DNA of 33,590 bases. Origin: Octopus bimaculoides (taxonomy: Eukaryota). The notes beneath the pieces are model-generated. The model worked only from the letters and a program-made list of their open reading frames with translations. It was not told where the DNA came from and did no database searches. The DNA lies in NCBI RefSeq assembly GCF_001194135.2, contig NC_068985.1, positions 65,597,460-65,631,049 of the forward strand, given 5' to 3'. Shown in pieces: positions 9,770 through 19,629 of this stretch (its first letter is position 1; each line of letters starts with the position of its first letter). The translations under genes were made by a program, and so were the position numbers.

Positions 9770-11350
9770 AATATTGCAGTATGGGTAGAATAACTCAGAG
9801 ATAAGGTCTAAGGTGACATCAAGGAAGTTAGCTCTTAAGATTATTTTCTACTGTAATGCCTAGTCCATAGTTGTTAAAAAATTTTGTTATATCTTCTTTA
9901 TCCGTTTAATACACACTTTACCAGATTTAGGAATTATAAACAATGCATCATCCTGGAACACCACCCAAGAGATCAGAGAAGTTATCATATAAACAGTGCA
10001 ATAAATATATTCATGATTTGCATAGAGTTGCTGAATCCCATTGTAATATTGCAATTATTAGTTCTGTCTTCCCTGGTCTATAATTTTACATCAAACTATA
10101 ACTTGAGCATCTTCTCATCAAGGTTATCCCTCTTTCTTCAGAGGATGATAGTCTTCATTCTAGTTCATGTTAGGTTGTTGGTGCATTTGAAGGTGATTGA
10201 TGAGTCCAATTCAGGCTTTGAAGGATCTTCTGCAAGTAGGGAAAGTTGTTCCTTGGGGGTGATCTGGTCAGGGTTGGAGTTGCATCTCATGCCTCCTTCT
10301 TTGCTTTTCTTCCAGTTTTTCACATTTGTTTGTCTTTAATGAAGTTGTTTCTTCACAGATGATGGATCTCCAGAGGTATTGGTCATTTGCATTTTCTTCC
10401 CAGTTGTTGAAATTGATGTTACATTTTTTTCATGCTGGCCTTCAACAGATCCCTGTATCTCTTCTTTTGTCCTTTTTTCTTCCTTTTTACTACTTTCAGC
10501 TGAGAATAGATCTGTTTTGGTAAACTGTCATTAGACATTTGAACAACATGCCCACTCCATCACAGTTGACTCTTCATGATGTGAGCCTTGGTGCTTGTTG
10601 TTTTGGCTGTTTTCAAGAGGCTGATGTTTTTCCCTCTGTTGTCCCATCTAATGTTCAGGATACTTCAACGATATCTTTGATGAAACTTTTCTTTCTAAAG
10701 TTTTCAGATGATGATGTTGTCCAGGTTTCAGATACGTACATGAGTATTGGAATGATCACTGTTTGTACACAACCATTTTGGTGTCGGTTCTAATGTCACA
10801 GTCTTGAAAGATTCTGTAGTAGAGACAGCCAAAGGCAGTTCCAGCACACTTCAGATGATACTGAATCTCATGGATAGAATAACTGTAGATTTCTCAATAG
10901 TTCAGCATAGGTATTCTCTTTTTTGCTGATCTATAGCTCTGTATTAACATCCACTGGGCAGCTAATTTCCACAACTACACAGTTTCTCTTCTCTATCCCA
11001 AATCTCATTGCTCAGGTCAAGATTTGATGAGAAATGACTCCCAAGATAAGGAAAGTGGTCCATGCTTTCAAGGGTTGTTTCTCTAAGCTTGATCGATGAT
11101 TCTCTTCTGGCTGGGTCATTTGGGGCTGGTTGGTACAAAATATGAGTATCTAGCACTTAAAAGAATATCAATATCCCTATGTGTTAAAAGATAATTTTTC
11201 ATTGCAAAAATTAGTGCCTTACTTGATAATACTGGAAATGTACTAGGGTAATAACTATCAATATTGAACTGTATGAAACTGTACCTACATATGTGTTGAA
11301 TATACTCAAATGAATCAATCATCTCAGAAATGTGCAATCATAGATAAAAA
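9770..11350 (-). mobile_element. PLE lineage C RT remnant split by an RTE insertion (may extend to about 11850)
   Basis: FIQFNIDSYYPS..LSSKALIFA..DIDILLSAR (ORF 11116-11337). Continues below 10130 as NITMGFSNS..FQDDAL..NLKxxNFLDVTLDL..FYPY, a YRDDGL-type PLE RT. Confidence 0.7.
10135..11157 (-). mobile_element. 5'-truncated RTE-clade LINE (3' end of ORF2)
   Basis: Minus strand: LYQPAP..ESMDHFPYLGSH..SNEI..AGTAFG..YVSETWT..FHQR..SILNIRW..SQL*WSGHVVQM..PKQI..QKKRYRDLLKASMKKC, plus a terminal C2H2-like CRRSF..IGLINH. Confidence 0.85.
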
Positions 11351-11352
11351 TG

Positions 11353-11731
11353 TGTATCATAAGACGCCTAGAACTGAAGGATACACTCCTTGGCAGGAAT
11401 TAGCCAGTACCTCTAATCGATAATGGAATACAATAAATAAAGAAATTCAATATCCAGGAACTAAGTTAAACAAAACAAAGAAATAAGTCAGAATCAAGGG
11501 TCTTACCAGACACTTCTGCCTACAATTACCAAAACATTGAGACTTACATTGTCATATTCCAAAACATATCAATACTGAAAAAGGACCTCAGGTTGAATCA
11601 AATTCTCCAAAACAACCAATCCTTCAGACAACCCAAATCAATGAAAAAATTACCAATGCAGGTCAAACTTCACACAATAGCAACAGTAAAAAAATTAGTG
11701 TATCCTTCAGTTCTAGGAGTCTCATGTTACA
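11353..11731. mobile_element. Non-autonomous TIR element (MITE) with TGT...ACA ends, ~34-bp TIRs and 4-bp TSD; Ginger-like
   Basis: TGTATCATAAGACGCCTAGAACTGAAGGATACAC (11353-11386) vs the reverse complement of 11698-11731, 3 mismatches. AATG lies on both sides (11349-11352, 11732-11735). Confidence 0.8.
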
Positions 11732-12534
11732 AATGTTTGCATTGGATATTATTCAGCAAACCATTTGGATAAAGTTTTAATTTTGCTGAAGGATCCAAGA
11801 TCCAATACAAATGAAGACAACTCTTCACAATGGAAAATAAGATTACCTAAGTATATGAAAACCTAATTTATGCAATTACATGCTCAGAATGTAAAGAAAA
11901 TTATACAAGACAAATGGCAGACTCCTTATGAATATGCCAGACTTCAGAATGCAAATTAAACTTTGGGAATACAGACAAATAGGACTCCATAAATATATAG
12001 GACACATATGCAGTTAAGAAACATCCAAACTTTATAATTTTTCCTTTATATCAATTTAGTGATTACATAACTCCATAGCAATGCATCAATGTATCGTCAA
12101 AGAAGGAACTTTCATAATCAAATTTGAACTACATTTAAATACTTATGACAGAGAAAGGGATACAATGTCTTTGCTAAGGTTTCCATAAGTACTACCACTT
12201 GTAGTTAGGCTCACAACTGTTACACCCTGCCACTGTTACTGTTGTCCATATATGCTGCTTCTTTCCTGGACAGCTGCTCCTGCAACAACTGCTTCTACTA
12301 CCACCCAGCAACAATGAGAAGGATGTGATTTTTCGATAGGAAAACATGTACACTTACAGAACTTTTATCATGAAAGATTAATTTAATTCAGTTTAATTTC
12401 AATTTACTTTCAGTTTTACTTTAGTATAATTAAATCATGTTTTTAAAGTGATTCCAACTGGTAACATTTTTAGCTATGATGAATTTCAAAGCATTCTATT
12501 CTTTTTCCTTGTGAGTGTGTGTGTGTGTGTGTGA

Positions 12535-13212
12535 TTATTCAGTTTTATTTCAAGATTTCTTGCCAATAAAGAGCTGGTTTCAAACCTTGATCCAAGGCTC
12601 CTTCATTAAAATCTCAACATCAACAGGGTATTTTTGTATGTATGTATATGTGCAGATTTGTATGTTTTGTTTTATGCATGTATTTTCATATATATAGTTA
12701 CATATCTAGGCATGCTCATATGTATATTTAAATAATAAACTTCTGGAAAGTTTTACAGACTTTTACAGTTCCAGTGATGGCTTGAATCTGTAGTCTTCAA
12801 ATCAGCTTTCTCCTTTCTGGTTTTGAGAAGCTTAGTTTCTAAATATTGGTATTTAGGTAGTGTGTTACATTTCCTAGTCTCCAATAATTACCTGAATATA
12901 TATAATCTGGATAGAATAACTGCAGATTTCTCAATAGTTCAGCAGTATTCTCTTTTTTGTTAATCTTTAGCTTTATATTAACATCCACTGGGAAGCTGAT
13001 TTCCACAACTACACAGTTTCTCTTCTCTCTCCCAAATCATTATATCAGCTCTATTGTGTTTACATTTTATTGAGGTTTTCACTGGAACATTTCACCAGTA
13101 CTCCTTTTTAGTATGAGTGGCTATGGCTTCCACCCTGTTGTGGGTTATTATTTCTTTGTCTTTGAGGTTATCCTTTTGATGGATCTTGTTATACAGTGTC
13201 CTACCTACAACA
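12535..13212 (-). mobile_element. 3' fragment of an RLE-type (R2/R4/NeSL-like) LINE, copy 1
   Basis: Minus strand: HDVVGRTLYNKIH..WEREEKLCVVEISFPVDVN..ELLRNLQLFY..TGTVK, a restriction-like endonuclease region. The 3' UTR has (CATA)n and ends TTGAAATAAAACTG. Confidence 0.75.
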
Positions 13213-13221
13213 TCATGTATG

Positions 13222-14075
13222 TATGCATGTCATTATACAGTTTTATTTCAAGATTTCTTGCCAATAGAGAAAGAGCCAGTTTTTAACCTAGATCCAAGGC
13301 TCCTTCATTGGAATTTCAACATCAACAGGGTATTTCTGTATGTATGCATGTATGTATGTATGTATGCATGTATGTAAGTATGTTATGTATGTATGTATGT
13401 ACGTATATGTGCAGATTTGTATGTTTTGTTTTATGTATGTATTCTCATGCATATACTTGCATGTCTAGACATGCTCATATATCCTTAAAGTTTTACAGAT
13501 TTTTGCAGTCCCAGTAATGGTTTGGACCTGTAGTCTTTGAATCAGCTTTCTCCTCTCTGGTTTTGAGAAGCCTAATTTCTCAAGATTGGTATTTAGACAG
13601 TGTGTTAGATATCACAGTGCCCCAATAATTACAGGTATAAACCTGAACTTGTAATCTGGATAGAGTAGCTGTAAATTTCTCAATAGTTCCACATAGGTAT
13701 TATACAGTGTCCTAGCTACAGAATCGTGTCTCATTGGTAGATAATACTGTGATGATATTTTTGGATAACTGCTTATGATGTGGGTGATATCTTCGTTATT
13801 AACTCCACAGAGTCTGCATTGGTTATCATATTTTGCTGCCTTTCCTGCATCATTGTCCCTCCTATGCCTCAGGTATTTGGTTGATATTTCTTGTTCCTGA
13901 ATTGCAAATGCATACCCTTCAAAGTGGGAGTTAGTAATCTGGTTGTTGGTCTATGATAGACTGCTTTGATGATCAATGTTACTATCGTCCCAAAGCTTTC
14001 TACTAACATAACCATGCATGGTCTTCTGCTGATATACGCTCATCCTTTCATCTGTGGTAGAGTTGTGTGACTTCT
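13222..14075 (-). mobile_element. 3' fragment of the same RLE-type LINE, copy 2, internally deleted
   Basis: Direct paralogue of 12535-12930. FEGYAFAIQEQEISTKYL and the CRLCGVNNEDITHIISS zinc knuckle plus RHD at 13720-13920. Confidence 0.8.
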
Positions 14076-14249
14076 TTAGGCATGTATTTAAGGTTATCAG
14101 ATAAAGAATAACATGTTCGAATGATGATAGGTTAAAAGCAAGAACAACTAATGTGACATGTCTATTATCAAATGATCATGGAAACCTTCTTTTCAGGTGC
14201 TGAATAACATCTTTCCTTCTCATGTTTCCTCCCACATCCCTTTTCCAGT

Positions 14250-16910
14250 TTTTAGAGTTGGCTCTGTCACTGTAGGCACATTGAAAGGTAGGTCTAGCAA
14301 GATTGTTGAGATGCTTGAACAGAGGTGTGTTAATGTATGCTGCATCCAAGAGGTAAGGTGAAGAGGAACTTCAGCCAGGTTCCTCACAAGCAAGGCACAT
14401 AGGTATAAAATAAATATTCTGGGAAGGCAACAGTGATGGAGTAGGTGGTGTGGGCATACTTCTTACAGAGAAATGGGTAGATAAGGTCATAGAGGTAGTC
14501 AGAGTGTGCGATAGAGTGCTTAAGTTCAGGCTAGTCTTGCAAACTAGTACAGCTACAATTATCTCTGCCTATACCCCACAAGCAGGCCTACCAAATGAAC
14601 AGAAGGACCACTTTCATGATATTCTGCAGGCTACCTCAATGACGAGTGACAATGATCTCATCTTTGTGGCTGGGGATTTCAATGGCCATGTCGGAGGGCA
14701 GCCTGGTATCTTCCATGGTGTACATGGGGGCCATGGAATTGACTCCCAAAACAAAGAGAGAACAAGGCTACTGGAGTTCTGTGATGCAAATAAGCTATTG
14801 ATCTGCAACACCAACTTCAGGAAGCCAACCAGCCACCTGATAACCTATCAATCCGGTGACTATGCTAGTCAGATTGATTACATTCTCACCAGACAGTGGG
14901 ATGCATGGTTGCTCTTAAATGCAAAAACCCTCCTTAGTGAAGAATGTACCCCTCCCCCCGTATAGACTAGTCATTAGTGACTTTAGACTCCAGGCCAGAA
15001 GGATACTGAAAAGCAGACCAATCTGGAAAAGAAGGATTTGGAAGCTTAAAGACCCTTGATATGGTCAGAGATTTAGGTTAGGAACATCCTAATTGAGAAA
15101 TTTGGTGAGTGGGAGGAGGAGCTACTGACTTGTGACATAGAGGGCAAGTGGAAATTCCTGCGGGACAGTTTGTTGAGTGCCACAGATCAAATCTGTGGCT
15201 AGTGCAAAGTCCCTTCCCGACCTAGGGTAACATAGTGGTAGACAAGGCCATTAGAGCAAAGAAACTGGTCTGGAAGAGAGGGGGTAGCAGGGAACTGTAT
15301 CAGATAGCAAGAAGAGAAGCTAAGAGACAGATATATCTAGCCATGGGTGAAGCAGAAAAGAAGAAGTTTGCCTATGTTCAGCAACATGCGGACCAAAGAA
15401 CTGAAGTATTTCAGATTGCAAGACAGTGTGATGTCATAGAAGCAAAATGTGTCCACATGGATGATGGTGCACTTGCATTTAATGATTCTGCAAAGAAAGG
15501 GGCTTGGAGATACCATTATGAAAGACTACTGAATATGGAGAATGAATGAGAGGAGGCGAGACTGCTAAATGTTGACCCAATTGAGGGACCAGCTACCCGA
15601 ATCGACAGTACCCTGGTAGATAAAGCAATTAAGGATATGAAGGCAGGGAAAGCACCTGGCTCATTAGGAATCACTGCTGAGATGCTTAAAATATCTGGTC
15701 ATGTGGGTTATGCTCTAGTCATCCTTTTTGTAAATGAAGGAGTCGTACCCAATGACTGGTGTAGCAGCATCATAGTCAGCTGCTACAAAGGTAAAGGTGA
15801 TACCTCAGATAGAAATAATTACAGAGGTATCAAATTGTTGGATCAGCTGATGAAAGTTACAGAGAGAGTCATAGTCCAACTAATTAGGGAGAGAGTTAGT
15901 TAGATGAGATGCAGTTTGGTTTTCTGGCAGGTAGAAGCACCACTGATGCTATATTTCTGGTAGGGCAACTGCAGGAAAAATACATAGCCAAAGATAAACC
16001 TCTGTACTTGGCTTTTGTTGACTTGGAGAAAGCTTTTGACGAGGTTTCCCAATCCCTTATCTGGTTGTCAATGTGGAAACTAGGGATGGATGAGTGGTTA
16101 GAGCTGTACAAGCTATGTACAGAGACACTACCAGTAAGGTGAGGGTTGGCAATGAGTACAGCGAAGAATTCAGGGTACACATAGGGATTCACCAAGGATC
16201 AGTCCTCAGCCCCCTCTTGTTCATCATAGTCCTCAAGGCAACAACAAGAATTTAAGACAGGATGCCCCTGGGAGCTCCTCTATCCTGATGACCTTGCTCT
16301 TATTGCTGAATCACTACCAGAACTAGAGAAGAAGTTTCAGATATGGAAGCAAGATCTAGAATCAAAGGGTCTTTGAGTTCACTTAGCAAAACCAAAGTCT
16401 TAGTAAGTAGAAAGGCAGACAAATCACAAATCCCTGCTTGATCTGTAGAAAAGGCATAGGTAGAAACTCCATAAGATGCACCCAGTGTAAGCTTTGGACA
16501 CGTAAAAGGTACAGCAATATCAGAGGAAGGCTAACAGGGAAAATACCTTTTGCATGTAGAAGATGCACAAGTACATTATATGCTGAAAATGTGCAGAAAA
16601 TAGACTCCATCAACTGCTAGGAGAGCAAGCTAGAGGTAGTAGATAGATTCCGTTATCTAGGTGACCAAGTTACTAGTGGAGGTAGATGCTCCTAGAGCAT
16701 AGCTGTGAGAATAAGATTAGGCTGGGCAAAGTTCAGAGAGCTCCTACCTCTGCTGGCAATAAAGGGCCTATCTCTCAGAGTGAAAGGCAGATTGTATGAT
16801 GCCTGTGTGCAAACAGCTATGCTACATGGCAGCCAGTATGCTTTGCTGGATGTGCAATGTCAGTGCACATGTTCAACAGAGTGTAAGCATCTTGAGAGAA
16901 AAGTTAGGCT
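14250..16910 (+). mobile_element. RTE-clade LINE ORF2 pseudogene (APE endonuclease, RT, inserted PHD-like finger), 3'-truncated
   Basis: APE: CCIQEVR, IISAYTPQ, AGDFNGHVG, QIDYIL. RT: YKGKGD..NYRGIKLL, QFGF..GRSTTDAIF, AFVDLEKAFD, HQGSVLSPLLF, YPDDLALIAES. Many stops and frameshifts. Confidence 0.92.
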
Positions 16911-16997
16911 TATATTTATTGGAGTATCGTGTTAAGACAGTTGTGTCTACCCTGCTTCGTGAAATCTGTATATCCAATGTATAGAAGGATATAAAAG

Positions 16998-19100
16998 TGG
17001 TGACAAGTTTATTTGAAGCTTATGTTGGACATTAGCATTTTCTTTTGATACAAAATCAAAGAAAAATTAGTTAACATGGTAGACTCATTAGCCTCCATGG
17101 TGCACTTGCAACAGCAACAGTTACAGCAGCAGTTACAACAACAAAAACAACTATACCAACAGTTGTTGGAATTAATGTTGAAGTCCAAAAATACTTCAGG
17201 TTCATTCTTGCCAGACAGCATAGCATTCACAATTGCAGAATTGTTATAATCCAGAAGAAGGTATTACTTTTCTGCATATTTGAAGATATGAAGAAATCTT
17301 CAAAGAGGAGTGCAAAAGTTGTAGAGACAATGAAAAGGTATGACTACTTTAATGAAAATTATCCCCTACCGAACACAAAAATACTGTAACTACATTTTAC
17401 AAAAAAAAAAAAAAAAAACGTGAAATATGCTTCAGTGAAACAATTAAATTGTTATCAAAAATTTTCAGTGTGAGAAGTTCTATGTTCAATATTCACTGGG
17501 AGTGTTGGAATTTAGTAAAAAAAGATGATGAAGATTTCATCACCTATGCCAGAATTGTCAATTGAGAATGTGAAAAATTCAAACTAAATGAATTAACCCT
17601 GGACATGTTCAAATGTCTAATTTTTGCTGAAGGGTTAACTGCAAGCAGAGATACATGCCCAGATATTTACAAAATTAGAACAGGACCAGAATTTGACTCT
17701 GCAGGCAGTGGTAGAGGAATGTCAGAGAATCATTAATCTGTGACATGACACAAATGAAATCAAAGAAAAGGATTACTCTCACATACATGCTTGTTGACCT
17801 GTAATGACTAAAGAAAAAGAAAAATGATGATGAAGACCCAATCCATGTTATGGGTGTGGAGGTTTACATTTTAAAAATAACTGTCTGTTTTAAAATTTTA
17901 AATGTTTTAACTGTCAAAAAACAGATATAAAAGCTCATATTGCAGAGTAAAATAAGGTTAAATGAAAAAAATTCTGGAAAGGAATTTCATATTGGTCACC
18001 AAGAGATTTTGAGAATGAAATCACTAATGAGAAGTTATGTTTATTGGCCCACAATGATGAAATCCTGCAGAGGTTGTGCCCTTGCAGCCAAGTCACCACA
18101 GGTAAAATCCCAACTGTGGCCTAAAACCAACAGTCTGTGGACCAGACTTCATACAGATTTTGCTGGACCAGTAAACGGCATGTATTGCCTGATTGTAGTA
18201 GATACTTATATATACTAAGTGGCCAGAAATTTGTAGATGTCGGAAACCAATCTCTACGGTAACAATAGAATTTCTTCATGAACTCATTGCAAGATATGGT
18301 GTGCTGGACACCATAGTATCCAATAATGCTACGCAGTTTACAGTGAATGAGTTTTAAAATTTTTGCAAAATGTACGCAATTGATCACCTCTCTACTCCGC
18401 CATATCACCCAAGATCAAATGGGTAAGCAGAACAGTTTGTGAATACATTTAAAAGAGCATTAAAGAAACCAAGAAACAAGCAAGTTGATGACATAGCATT
18501 GACACAATTCTTGAGGGTTTATAGGATAACACCAAATCCAAACATTTGTTCAGGCAAGTCACCTGCGGAACTAATGTTTGCTTGAAAAACAGAGTCAATT
18601 TTTCACAAGCTGTTATCAAGAAGAAAAACAAATAGGGAAAACACTAAAACAAAGTATTCTAATATAACTGACAAGGTGTTTATCAAAATATATAAAAATG
18701 GAAGAGAAGCTTGGGAAGACGAAGTAGTAACAAAAACAAATAGGCAAAATGACGTATATGATAAGAGGCAAAAAATGGGAACAAAAAAGACATTTAAACC
18801 AGTTAAAAAATGGATATATGGAAAAATGAAAAGTGATATCTATGACACCTTTGATGTTCAACACCACACAAGAAGTTGAACTTAGGCATAGCAGCAGAGG
18901 AAACAAACAGAACAGTTGGAAATAGTGCCTAAAAAGAAGAAATATTAAACTTTCCTGTGAAGTAAATCTCAAAGGGGGAGATGTGGCAAGAGTCATTGAC
19001 ATCCCTGTGGGACTGGAAGAATGGACTAACCAAACTTTTATAAAGAATAGCATATTGGTTGAGAGGGTGAAGTTGTAGGCTGTTGAGAGTTCGTGGAAGT
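16998..19100 (+). mobile_element. Internally deleted Gypsy/Ty3 element: gag plus integrase, with no PR/RT/RNase H
   Basis: PBS-like TGGTGAC at 16998. Poly-Q gag with CYGCGGLH..C knuckle (about 17070-17940). Integrase H..H..MKSLMRSYVYWP..C..C, HTDFAGP, PYHPRSNG (17985-18590). PPT AAAGGGGGAGA at 18971-18981, then TG at 18982. Confidence 0.8.
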
Positions 19101-19106
19101 CATTGA

Positions 19107-19629
19107 GATTATTTTTCAGGACATATGTTATATGACAAACTTATTGACACTGAGTTGAAAATCATAGCAGAAAATTTTCCTGAAATTTGAATACAACCAA
19201 CCATTTTTTCTTGCATGGAATTTCTAACATACAGTCCACACTGCATATTGTTCCTCCATCACACCAGGAACAATCATTTTGGTTTGTCAACCAACTTTTT
19301 CAGAGATGTCTATGTGTTTATGACAGTTTGAACTTACCAGTATCAGAGTAACTAACAGCACAAATAACAATGCTGCAACTGCCACAAACAAATATAATTC
19401 CTACGGTTCAACAAGTTCATATTACTAGTCCCCCAAGTTGGTGCATATGTTTGTGGTTTTTTTTACCCTAGCATACGCATTTGAACTGGTCATTGGAAAC
19501 TCTTCAGAGAAGTTTTTATTTGATCAGTCAAAAATGCAAGCACATTTAAGATTTTATCTCAAGAACAAGAAATTTTGTTTTTTACTCAAAAGTAAAGGTT
19601 TTCCAAATGCTAACAAAAACGAAAAATAA
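19107..19629 (+). pseudogene. Ulp1/SENP-like (clan CE, C48-like) cysteine protease remnant
   Basis: With 1 stop and about 3 frameshifts: MLYDKLID..NNHF.LST..VYVYDSL..PQVGAYVCGFF.LAYAFEL..FDQSKMQAHL. The H-D-Q-C catalytic order is that of Ulp1-type proteases. Confidence 0.65.

Noticed and set aside
9884-10793. Plus-strand hydrophobic ORFs 9884-10339, 10326-10523 and 10539-10793
   Set aside because: Antisense shadows of A-rich PLE/RTE coding strands. The same applies to 18616-19053 and many other short track ORFs.
16915-19100. Matching 5' and 3' LTRs for the gag-IN Gypsy
   Set aside because: The short flanks (16915-16997, 18982-19100) show no convincing mutual similarity, so LTR boundaries were not called.
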